Shown: positions 1-8,170 of the stretch, piece by piece
How the letters are laid out: each line of letters opens with the position of its first letter
Position numbering within the stretch: the first letter of the stretch is position 1
Source: Acidimicrobiia bacterium
GTDB taxonomy: Bacteria > Actinomycetota > Acidimicrobiia > Spongiisociales > UBA5794
Assembly: GCA_036447125.1 (NCBI GenBank)
Contig: JAZFUH010000056.1
Location: 1 to 26,107, forward strand
DNA length: 26,107 bases
Direction of reading: 5' to 3'
Notes under the pieces: generated by a model
What the model saw: the letters and a program-made list of their open reading frames with translations, nothing else
Databases searched by the model: none
What the model was told of the DNA's origin: nothing
Made by a program: the position numbers and the translations under genes

Positions 1-664
1 CCGAAGCGCCCATCTCCGCTTCAATCCGACCCGAAACCATGATGAGTTGCCGCTCGGCGACGGCCGTCGCAACCGCGAGGTTCTGCTCGACGAGTAGAAC
101 GGCGTGTCCCTCTGCGACCAACGTGTGACAGGTCTCGATCAGTTGATCAAGTATCGCCGGTGCAAGGCCCTCGGAGGGTTCGTCCATTATGACCAAAGGG
201 GCGTTCAACAACAGAGCCCGTCCGATTGCGAGCATCTGCTGTTCGCCACCGGAGAGGGCGGCACCAGAAATCTTGCGCCGCTCCGTAAGTCGCGGGAACA
301 ACTCGTACACCGCTTCCTTGGTCCAGCGTTGTCCCTGTGTCCCTTTGGCCAGCATCTCTAGGTGCTCGTCAACGGACAGCGATCGAAAAAGCCGTCTGCC
401 TTGGGGCACGTATCCGATGCCGAGCGCTGCGACCTTGTGCGGTTTCCTCCCAACGAGCTCTTCGCCACTGAGCTTGATAGACCCCCCCATTGCGGGAACG
501 AGCCCCATGATGGTCTCGCACAAAGTGGTCTTGCCCATGCCGTTGCGTCCAAGGACCGCGACTGCTTCGAGACCCATTGAGAAGTTGATATCGAAGAGCA
601 CCTTCGCCGTTCCGTAACCCGAAACTAGGTCTTTCACCACAAGAATGGGGGTGGCGTCACTCAT
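1..664 (-). CDS. livF: Branched-chain amino acid-type ABC transporter ATP-binding subunit (LivF-like), C-terminus beyond the left edge
   Basis: Not in the ORF track because it runs off the edge. Manual translation from ATG at 664: MSDATPILVVKDLVSGYGTAKVLFDI...GRNGMGKTT (Walker A)...GYVPQGRRLF...LLVEQNLAVA. Start overlaps the last codons of livG. Confidence 0.93.
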   Translation of the reverse strand, partial: MSDATPILVVKDLVSGYGTAKVLFDINFSMGLEAVAVLGRNGMGKTTLCETIMGLVPAMGGSIKLSGEELVGRKPHKVAALGIGYVPQGRRLFRSLSVDEHLEMLAKGTQGQRWTKEAVYELFPRLTERRKISGAALSGGEQQMLAIGRALLLNAPLVIMDEPSEGLAPAILDQLIETCHTLVAEGHAVLLVEQNLAVATAVAERQLIMVSGRIEAEMGAS

Positions 665-1424
665 GGCTGCCGATCCTTCCCAGGTAGATATCGTGGACCA
701 ATTGGTTGGCCCGTACCTCCGTTGGGGTTCCTTCGGCGACAATCTGTCCATCGTGCATCACGATCACTCGATCCGCGACGGTCAGCGCCACCTCCATGTC
801 GTGTTCGATGATGATCAGTGTGATTGAATCTTCGAGGTTCAGCAGCATTTCGGTGAGGCGCTGCCGCTCCCCACGCGACAGCCCAGAAGCCGGTTCGTCG
901 AGCAGGAGCAGCGATGGGTCGACCGACATGGCCATGCCCACTTCGAGTTGGCGCTGTTCGCCGTGCGACAAAGAGTCCACCTTCTGGCTGAGTTTCTCAC
1001 CGAGCCAGACTCGTTCAGCCGCTTCACGGGCGCGCAGCCTGAGGCCGACATCCCGCTTGGTGTTGAAGAGGCGCAAATGGCCCCCTTCTTTGCCGACAAT
1101 TGCCACGTAGAGGTTGTCTTCCACCGTCATCCCAGCGAACAAACTTGTCCGTTGGTAGGTGCGTGCCACACCCAGACGCGGACGCATTCTGGCAGGTGCA
1201 GTACTTACATCGCGACCATCGATCATCACCAACCCCACTGTCGGCGCAAAGTCGCCGGCGATGATGTTGAAAAGTGTGGTCTTCCCTGCACCGTTCGGCC
1301 CAAGGATTGCAAGGCGTTCGCCTTGCGCGACATCGAAATCGATGCCGCGCAAGGCATGTACGCCTCCGAAGGCCATTTCAATCCCACTGAGTTGCAGGAT
1401 CTGAGCTGTGTCTGTTGTAGCCAC
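657..1424 (-). CDS. livG: Branched-chain amino acid-type ABC transporter ATP-binding subunit (LivG-like)
   Basis: GPNGAGKTT Walker A, LSHGEQRQLE signature variant, LLLLDEPASG Walker B, IIIEHDM H-loop; GTG start with GAGG upstream. Confidence 0.95.
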   Translation of the reverse strand: MATTDTAQILQLSGIEMAFGGVHALRGIDFDVAQGERLAILGPNGAGKTTLFNIIAGDFAPTVGLVMIDGRDVSTAPARMRPRLGVARTYQRTSLFAGMTVEDNLYVAIVGKEGGHLRLFNTKRDVGLRLRAREAAERVWLGEKLSQKVDSLSHGEQRQLEVGMAMSVDPSLLLLDEPASGLSRGERQRLTEMLLNLEDSITLIIIEHDMEVALTVADRVIVMHDGQIVAEGTPTEVRANQLVHDIYLGRIGSHE

Positions 1425-1462
1425 GCCTCTGGCCTTCCTCGTTACTCGTTTACGTTTCTCGA

Positions 1463-2908
1463 TCAGCCCTGTGGAACGCCATCAACCACCGAAATGGAAT
1501 TGCCAACCCACGCCAGGTCTCTCGTATCACAACCAGGAACGGTTCGGCTCGGCATGCTGCCCTGAGCGAAGGTCCCACCGAATGTCTGGTCAACTGTCGG
1601 GATGACAGCCACCGTGGACAGACCAAGGGTGCCATCGTCCAGAGTTACGAACTGACGAACGTACTGATCCTGAATCGCCTGACGGTTGTCATCGAGCGTC
1701 GTCGAGCCATAGGGACCCGCAAGTACGAGGCTGCCCAACGCACTCTGCAGTGCGGCCTGATCGTCGGAAATGTTACCGCCAACGGCTTCCAGACCCTCGA
1801 TCAGCGCCTTCGCTGCGAGGTAGTAGTTGACAAGGAAGCCCGAATGCGCCTGAGGCCCAGCCTCGCCGAATGGCGGAATGGTGTCATAGTGCTTATCGAT
1901 GATCGCAGTGTGTGCTTCGACACTATCGAGCTTCAGATCTCCAGCCGTGCCGAAGCCACCAATGTAGGCGCCTTCCATCGACGGATCCATGCTTCCCGCT
2001 GCAAACTCCCAGAAGAGATTGCCCATGTGTTGGGTAGGCGTAACGGGACCCTTGGCGTCTTCAAACGCCTTGAGTGCAGGCAACGTACCCGAACCACCGA
2101 CTACCCAGAAGTAGCCGTCAACTTCGTCTGGATCCGGCAGCTGGCCAGCGAACGACGAGTAGTCGGTCGTGTTGAGCGGCGGGAACACCCGTGAGATGAC
2201 CTCTCCACCAGCTGCGCAGAACTCTGCGATGAATCCGGCGCCTGAGGTCCAAGCGAAGCTGTAGTCATCCATGATGACCGCGGCGGTCTTCCACCCCAAA
2301 TCGTTGAACGCGACGTCTCCGGTTCCTGCATTCCATTGAGCTCCGTCCGAGTTATACCGGAAGAAGTTCGGCGCCTGCACCTCGAGCGTGGTGTCCATCG
2401 CTCCAGCAGAACCGTTGATGAACGTCTGTGATGGATGGTCCTTTGCATAGTTGGCTACCGCGATCGACTCATCACCGGACAGTGGTCCAATCATGATGTC
2501 ACCATCGAGTTGCTCCATAAGGCGACGCGTCTCTTTGATTGCTGTATCGGCAGTGTCATCACCACATCCGATACCAACCAACTCAACGGGCACTCCCGCT
2601 ATAGAAGCACCTGTGAAGCCTTCGGTGGGGTCATCCGGATTCGTGATGGTGGCACCGGCGTACTCGGCAAAGGCCGCACCGACGCCAGCCATGTCTTGGC
2701 CGTGGAAGTCCCCGAAGGCGCCCGCACACTCCGACAGCACAGCCAGCTTGATGACCTCGGTACCTCCACTGGTCGTAGCTGTGGTAGCCGATCCTCCAAC
2801 GGTGGTTGTGGTGTCTGAGCTATCGCTGCAAGCCGCGGCAAACAGAGCCATGACTGCGACCAACACAAGCAACCTCACCGCTCTCAGACGGTGTTTTGCA
2901 ATATTCAC
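1463..2908 (-). CDS. ABC transporter substrate-binding lipoprotein, LIV/periplasmic binding protein type 1 family
   Basis: Basic N-terminus, hydrophobic core and lipobox LFAAAC; Ser/Thr-rich linker; LivJ-type motifs IGPLSGDESIAVA and DDYSFAW; AGGAG SD before GTG at 2908; lies between permeases and ATPases. Confidence 0.92.
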   Translation of the reverse strand: MNIAKHRLRAVRLLVLVAVMALFAAACSDSSDTTTTVGGSATTATTSGGTEVIKLAVLSECAGAFGDFHGQDMAGVGAAFAEYAGATITNPDDPTEGFTGASIAGVPVELVGIGCGDDTADTAIKETRRLMEQLDGDIMIGPLSGDESIAVANYAKDHPSQTFINGSAGAMDTTLEVQAPNFFRYNSDGAQWNAGTGDVAFNDLGWKTAAVIMDDYSFAWTSGAGFIAEFCAAGGEVISRVFPPLNTTDYSSFAGQLPDPDEVDGYFWVVGGSGTLPALKAFEDAKGPVTPTQHMGNLFWEFAAGSMDPSMEGAYIGGFGTAGDLKLDSVEAHTAIIDKHYDTIPPFGEAGPQAHSGFLVNYYLAAKALIEGLEAVGGNISDDQAALQSALGSLVLAGPYGSTTLDDNRQAIQDQYVRQFVTLDDGTLGLSTVAVIPTVDQTFGGTFAQGSMPSRTVPGCDTRDLAWVGNSISVVDGVPQG

Positions 2909-2942
2909 TGTTTCTCCTCTCGCACATATGCTCCCGTGAGCC

Positions 2943-4031
2943 TTACATCATTTCCGAGGATCCACTCCCTGAGTCGTATCCTGGATCTCGTGAGGTATGC
3001 ATCCTTGCGGGTGTCAAGGAGCGGGTTATTCGTTGACCAATTCCGATGAGACCGTCTGGGGACAGCAACACGATGAAAAGAAAGATGAAACCGATGATCG
3101 TGTTGAACCGAGCCTCGCCGAGCCCGATCTGATTCAGCCCAGGCACATCGCGCACATAGTTGTTCGCTACCACAAACACGATGGCACCAACCCAAGCACC
3201 ATCCAGCCGGTTGATGCCACCAATAACGGCGATGATGAGAAGACCCAGTATCGCACCGATCCCGATGGATGCGGGATCGATCTGGCGGTTCCACCAGATA
3301 AAGAGAACCCCGGCGATCGATGCAACGAACCCAGCCAGTGTGAACGCCAGCGTGCGGTGGATCCACAGGTTGTACCCAAGCGAGCTCATCCTGACATGGT
3401 CGTCTCGAATCCCTTGGAGGGCCAGACCGAACGGCGTCCTTGTGATATAGCGAAGAACGAGGTAGACGACGACGCTGATGACAGCTGCGACGTAGTACAG
3501 CCGTTCGGGGAATTGCCCTGGCGTACCGATGAACGGGGGCGATCGCACTTGGTTGACGCCACCGAAACCCGAGAACGTCGTGACCTGACCGAAAAAGTAG
3601 AAGCCGATCACACCGAAGGTGAGCGTGATCATGAGAAAGTAGAGACCAGTCGATCGACTGGCAACGGCACCGAGGACGAACGCCAGAACGGTGGTAATCC
3701 CCACCCCGAGGATCACACCTATCCACGGATCCAACCCGAGGTTGAGGCCCTTGCTGCCACCGGTCGTCACCGCGTTTCCAATCACGAATCCTGTGACACC
3801 GAACATCAACGTCTGCGCCAGTGAGACCATCCCGCCGTACGCCGCAAGAAAGATCAAGCTTGCGGCCACAACCCCGAGGAGCAGAGCCTGAGTGAGAACG
3901 AAGCTGACAAAGAAGTCCGATGTAAAAGCCGGTGCGACAACCAGCCCCACAATGGCGGCCACTTGGACCACCCGCTCGGCCGTGAAGACTCTGCGAGATC
4001 CGAGTTCGGGGGCGGCTCGTGCGGCAGTCAC
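2943..4031 (-). CDS. livM: Branched-chain amino acid-type ABC transporter permease (LivM-like)
   Basis: Motifs GGMVSLAQ, GLYFLMITLTFG, FGLALQGIRDD...RMSSLGYN, IAVIGGINRLDG. Start placed at GTG 4031, which overlaps the livH stop (GTGA); the ORF-track extension to 4241 overlaps livH and is unlikely. Confidence 0.92.
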   Translation of the reverse strand: MTAARAAPELGSRRVFTAERVVQVAAIVGLVVAPAFTSDFFVSFVLTQALLLGVVAASLIFLAAYGGMVSLAQTLMFGVTGFVIGNAVTTGGSKGLNLGLDPWIGVILGVGITTVLAFVLGAVASRSTGLYFLMITLTFGVIGFYFFGQVTTFSGFGGVNQVRSPPFIGTPGQFPERLYYVAAVISVVVYLVLRYITRTPFGLALQGIRDDHVRMSSLGYNLWIHRTLAFTLAGFVASIAGVLFIWWNRQIDPASIGIGAILGLLIIAVIGGINRLDGAWVGAIVFVVANNYVRDVPGLNQIGLGEARFNTIIGFIFLFIVLLSPDGLIGIGQRITRSLTPARMHTSRDPGYDSGSGSSEMM

Positions 4032-5095
4032 TCTGGCTCTCCAAACAAACCGTAAGGCCGCCATGCCAACACCGCTCCAAGCAGGACGAAGGTGAAAATA
4101 ATCGAGTAGTTCGTGAACCCTGCTGGAAGATACGCCGGTGCAAACGCGGTAACAGTGCCAAGGAGCAAGGAACCTGCGAGGGCACCGGTGAGCGAACCCA
4201 ACCCGCCCACGATCACAACGATGATCGAGTTGAGGAGCCATTGGCCATCAACTCCCGCTGCCAACCCTGCAAACGACCCGCCCATCACCCCACCCATGCC
4301 AGCGAGGGCCGACCCAACGAGGAAGGCGAGTCCAAATACCCACTGTACGTTGATGCCAAGGGCTTGGACCATGGATGTGTCGTCGACACCGGCGCGAATG
4401 ATCATCCCCGTCCTGGTCTTCTGAAGCCAGCCCCACAGTGCAATCCCAACGACAATGGCGAATCCGAGCATGAAGAGGCGGGTTACAGAGTAGCGAATCC
4501 CAAACACCACGACAGCGTTGTCGATCAGGCCCGGCCATTGAATGTCAACGCCGATTCCGCCAAACCAAGCCACCATCAAGTCGGCGAGGATCACCGAGAT
4601 CGCAATAGTGATCAGCGTCTCGCGCATGTCCTGCCCCTGGAACTTGCGAAGAAACAACTGCTGCATGATCAAGCCCAAGACGCCAGTAATCATCGCCGCA
4701 AGCAAGAGCGGCAACACCCAATCAATCACCCCGACATCGGACCCAAGGATGTTTCGTGTCTTGCCAACCATCGTCTTCTGAAACTCAAGGGCAAGGTACC
4801 CGCCGAGCAAGAAGAACGAGCCGTGGGCGAGATTCACAACCCGCATCAGCCCAAAGATGAGGGTGAACCCGGAGGCGACGATGAAATAGAGACCGGCGAT
4901 CGTGAGCGAATTGAGAACGACCACGACAAAATCTGCCGGTTCGGACAGCAGCGGCTCGGCCGGGGTACCGTTGGCGAAGACGAGAACCCACGCGGCGAGA
5001 CTCGCCGCGACGCTCCATCCTGCCACGAGCGCAGTCCATTGCACCGTCGAGCGCTGACTCGACTTCTTCATCTTGCGCGCGGTTGTTGCTGTCAA
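4028..5095 (-). CDS. livH: Branched-chain amino acid-type ABC transporter permease (LivH-like)
   Basis: Motifs SGFTLIFGLMRVVNLAHG, GMIIRAGVDD...LGINV, VVIVGGLGSLTG, RPYGLFG. Start uncertain: TTG 5095 (GGAGGAG upstream) or ATG 5071. Confidence 0.9.
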   Translation of the reverse strand: MTATTARKMKKSSQRSTVQWTALVAGWSVAASLAAWVLVFANGTPAEPLLSEPADFVVVVLNSLTIAGLYFIVASGFTLIFGLMRVVNLAHGSFFLLGGYLALEFQKTMVGKTRNILGSDVGVIDWVLPLLLAAMITGVLGLIMQQLFLRKFQGQDMRETLITIAISVILADLMVAWFGGIGVDIQWPGLIDNAVVVFGIRYSVTRLFMLGFAIVVGIALWGWLQKTRTGMIIRAGVDDTSMVQALGINVQWVFGLAFLVGSALAGMGGVMGGSFAGLAAGVDGQWLLNSIIVVIVGGLGSLTGALAGSLLLGTVTAFAPAYLPAGFTNYSIIFTFVLLGAVLAWRPYGLFGEPE

Positions 5096-5150
5096 AATCT
5101 GAGACCGTCTCCTCCAGGCTTTAGACCGTACTCTGCTGGCCTGTCGCAAG

Positions 5151-5762
5151 CTAGCCGATGCCGGCGACCACCGAATCTACATCGGTGACCGTCGCCACGT
5201 TTTGCAGTGCATAGTTGATCGAGGCGTTTTGCCAATCGGCGCTCATTGTGGAGCACGCGTCCTCTGGCACGACCATGTAGTAGCCCTTGTCCGCCCCAGT
5301 GCGGGCAGTGTGCTCGATCGACATGTTGGTCCAAGCGCCACTGACGATGATCGTGTCACGTCCGGTGCCGGCGAGGATGTTTTCGAGATTGGTCCCTTGC
5401 CATGCACTCATTCGCGTCTTCTCGACGACGAAGTCGCCTTCATGCGATTCAAGGCCATCGGCTGGGGCCGCGCCCCATGTGCCCCTCACCAAGGCACCAT
5501 CGGCAACACCTTCGAAGAGCGGTGCGTTCAGTTTCAGTCCAGGGGCGCCAGCCTCAACGATGTACCACACGTGGATGACGGGCACGCCTTTGGATCGGCA
5601 TGCTGCGGCCAGTCGCTGCACGTTTGCAACCACGTTCTGTTCACGTGCGTGATCTGGAGCGCCCGACTCAGCGAACGCGCCCCCATCGGTAATGACGTCA
5701 TTTTGTAGGTCTTGCACAATCAGTGCGCAGCGATTGGCATCAAGTGTGAGTTCGTCGGTCAT
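5151..5762 (-). CDS. Isochorismatase/cysteine hydrolase family protein, Ser variant
   Basis: LIVQDLQND (catalytic Asp), VVEKTRMSAW (catalytic Lys), SGAWTNMSIEHTARTGADKGY (Ser where the family usually has Cys), EDACS; AAGGGAG SD. Confidence 0.92.
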   Translation of the reverse strand: MTDELTLDANRCALIVQDLQNDVITDGGAFAESGAPDHAREQNVVANVQRLAAACRSKGVPVIHVWYIVEAGAPGLKLNAPLFEGVADGALVRGTWGAAPADGLESHEGDFVVEKTRMSAWQGTNLENILAGTGRDTIIVSGAWTNMSIEHTARTGADKGYYMVVPEDACSTMSADWQNASINYALQNVATVTDVDSVVAGIG

Positions 5763-5813
5763 CTGGTTTCTACACTCCCTTGTCGGATGTCGGATGTCCT
5801 TTGGCCGGTGCTC

Positions 5814-6728
5814 TCAGCCCATGTACAACTCGCGATGGGGACCCACCTTCGTTCGAATCGTGTAGAGCGAAGACGTGCTCGGCATATACAACGTGTGCCA
5901 GTCGTCTCCACCCCATGTGAGGTTGCCCACGTTCTGGGGCACCTTCACCGCGCCGATGTGCGTGCCACCGGTGTCGAACACCCACACGCCACCGGGACCC
6001 GTGACCCAGATGTTCCCGCGTTCATCGCACTTCATTCCGTCTGGGATCCCCTCTTCGATCACGCCGGAACCGATGTTGTCAGCGAACCGCCGACCATTTG
6101 CGATACTGCCGTCAGCGTTCACGTCGTAGACATCGATGAGAGCGTTCGGTGTGTCGTTGATGTAGAGAAGTGACTCGTCAGGTGAGAAGCAGAGGCCGTT
6201 CGGCTGTTCGTACTTATCACGATCGACGATCAGCTGAGAGTCGCCACCCCCCGGGGGAACTCGAAAAACTCCCTGCCAACCAAGGTCGCGCTCACGTTCG
6301 AATCCGAACACAGGCATGCGGCCATACCACGGGTCCGAAAAGTAGATCGATCCATCTCGGCGCACACACACATCGTTGGGACTATTGAGTTCCTTGCCCT
6401 CAAAGTGCGAAGCGATCGTCTCGATGGTCCCGTCCGGGCGTTCGCGAACGAGCGATGAAGTCACATGTTCACACACGATCAGGTTCAGGTCACCGTCATA
6501 GGTCATCCCGTTGCACTTGTTCGACGGGTTTCGCATCTCGGTGACGGTGCCATCCGGCGAGTACTTCCGCCGCACATCGCCAGGCATGTCCGAGAACAGG
6601 AGGTAGCCGTCGGTCGGATGCCAGATGGGGCCCTCAGTAAAGGTGAACCCCTTCGCCACTTCCACCAGTTGCTCATCGGCGTCGATCAGATTCCACATTG
6701 CGTCTGAACGCGCGTCCACATCACCCAC
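5814..6728 (-). CDS. SMP-30/gluconolactonase/LRE family six-bladed beta-propeller (lactonase-like)
   Basis: FTFTEGPIWHP, LNSPND, PNGLCFSPDE, PDGMKCDERGN motifs. Start placed at GTG 6728 (AGGAG SD 5 nt upstream); the ORF-track extension to 7400 overlaps the opposite-strand FAD subunit gene. Confidence 0.93.
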   Translation of the reverse strand: MGDVDARSDAMWNLIDADEQLVEVAKGFTFTEGPIWHPTDGYLLFSDMPGDVRRKYSPDGTVTEMRNPSNKCNGMTYDGDLNLIVCEHVTSSLVRERPDGTIETIASHFEGKELNSPNDVCVRRDGSIYFSDPWYGRMPVFGFERERDLGWQGVFRVPPGGGDSQLIVDRDKYEQPNGLCFSPDESLLYINDTPNALIDVYDVNADGSIANGRRFADNIGSGVIEEGIPDGMKCDERGNIWVTGPGGVWVFDTGGTHIGAVKVPQNVGNLTWGGDDWHTLYMPSTSSLYTIRTKVGPHRELYMG

Positions 6729-6878
6729 GGGCTCTCCTATCTGTCGTCCGCCCTTTGTCGCGGCAACGCTAGCAGCAGCACATTGAGCCTGCTGAAGCCT
6801 ACCGACCGCACAATCAAGGATTCCTACCGTGTGTGGTAGGGTCCGAAAGCGCAGGAGGTCCAGGGCACCGGAGGTTTG
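6729..6878. promoter_or_regulatory. Divergent promoter region with repeated CCTACC boxes
   Basis: 150 bp gap between divergent operons. CCTACC at 6798-6803 and 6823-6828, inverted GGTAGG at 6835-6840, CAGCAG-N10-CTGCTG at 6773-6794, GGAGG SD before ATG 6879. Confidence 0.55.
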
Positions 6879-7658
6879 ATGAGCGCTGACGTAATGATCC
6901 CATACACGACTGAGGCCGCTATCGAGACGTACGGCGATGGAGCCGATATCACGGTGATCGCAGGCGGCACGATCGTGATGCAACTCTTGAATTATCGACG
7001 GATGGCACCGGAAAGGGCGATGCTGTTGAGCAAGGCTGGCATGTCGTATGTCAACCGGGAAGGCCCGACGTACACCATCGGGGCCATGACTCCCCTGTCG
7101 GACCTCATCGGGCTGGCGGCACCGCTCGGCCCATGTGCAGCCAATGTAGCTGATCACGAGATTCAGTACCAGGCGACGATCGGAGGCAACCTGTGTGCCC
7201 CGACACCTCCTGAACACCCGAGCGGGGATCTTCAGGGCCCGCTCATCGCCCTTCGTGCGACAGTCAGGTCGACAGGGAAGGGAGGCATCCGGAGGGACGG
7301 TGTCGAGGACTTCCTGGCCAACAAGGCTGGCAGGCTCGTGCTCGACATCTCGTTCGATGCACCGCAAGCGGGAGCGTTTCGGGCGCTCAACCGTCCACAC
7401 ACCAGGCAGTTCACGGCCCTTGCGGTCTCGGGTGTCAGATCCGGTGACAAGATCAGCCTCGCCGCAACAGGCGCAGGGCCGACCGGTATCCGGCTTGCGT
7501 CCGCGGAGGCCTTGGCTGCCGACCCGGCGGCTGCAGCGGAGGCGGCACTCAACGATGTCGCCATGCGAGACGATTCACTGGCGTCTGCGTGGTACCGGGA
7601 GCGTACGTTCCCCACCCTCGTGTCCGCGGTACTCATAGAGATCCAGGAGGGTTCATGA
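6879..7658 (+). CDS. Molybdenum hydroxylase FAD-binding subunit (CoxM/NdhF family)
   Basis: VIAGGT and ATIGGNL FAD-binding motifs, DSLASAWYR C-terminal motif; GGAGG SD; first gene of a coupled four-gene set. Confidence 0.92.
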   Translation: MSADVMIPYTTEAAIETYGDGADITVIAGGTIVMQLLNYRRMAPERAMLLSKAGMSYVNREGPTYTIGAMTPLSDLIGLAAPLGPCAANVADHEIQYQATIGGNLCAPTPPEHPSGDLQGPLIALRATVRSTGKGGIRRDGVEDFLANKAGRLVLDISFDAPQAGAFRALNRPHTRQFTALAVSGVRSGDKISLAATGAGPTGIRLASAEALAADPAAAAEAALNDVAMRDDSLASAWYRERTFPTLVSAVLIEIQEGS

Positions 7659-8170
7659 ATATCCGATTGAACGGCGGCACTGTTGACATCAAGAGTCCGC
7701 CTCTCACGTCGCTCCTTACTGTGCTGCGCGAAGAACTCAATGTCACGAGTCCGAAGCGAGGTTGCGACCAGGGCGGCTGCGGCGCCTGCACCGTTCTCGT
7801 CGATGGCACACCCCAGAGGACGTGCTTGACCCCGGTTGCCGCCGTCGACGGGGCAGAAATCACGACCATTGAAGGACTGGGAGACTCCGAGAACCTCACA
7901 GCCGTCCAGCAATCGTTCCTACACCACGGCGCAGCCCAGTGCGGATTCTGCACCCCGTCGATGATCATCGCCGCCACGGCGTATCTCGACGGTGATGGCA
8001 GTGCCGAACCGGAAGCGATCCAGGAGGCGCTCAAGGGCCACCTCTGCCGCTGCACCGGGTACCAGAAGATCATCAGCGCCGTATCGGCTGCCGCCACGAA
8101 ATCCGAGTTCGACCTGACATCGATGACGGCGAGTCCCAATACCGTGATCTTGCCTGGAGGTGACACATGA
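7655..8170 (+). CDS. Molybdenum hydroxylase [2Fe-2S] subunit (CoxS/NdhS family)
   Basis: GCDQGGCGACTVLVDG...C and QCGFCTP...LCRCTGY cysteine motifs; ATG 7655 overlaps the upstream stop (ATGA) with GGAGG SD. Confidence 0.96.
   Translation: MNIRLNGGTVDIKSPPLTSLLTVLREELNVTSPKRGCDQGGCGACTVLVDGTPQRTCLTPVAAVDGAEITTIEGLGDSENLTAVQQSFLHHGAAQCGFCTPSMIIAATAYLDGDGSAEPEAIQEALKGHLCRCTGYQKIISAVSAAATKSEFDLTSMTASPNTVILPGGDT

Noticed and set aside
6820-6878. Moco or other riboswitch upstream of the molybdoenzyme operon
   Set aside because: Only a 6 bp hairpin and a CCGAAAG are visible; the leader is too short and no conserved multi-stem motif is recognisable. An Infernal search would be definitive.
6729-7400. 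224 aa N-terminal extension of the SMP-30 ORF (5814..7400 in the track)
   Set aside because: It overlaps the divergent promoter and the antisense of the FAD subunit gene; a good SD precedes GTG 6728.
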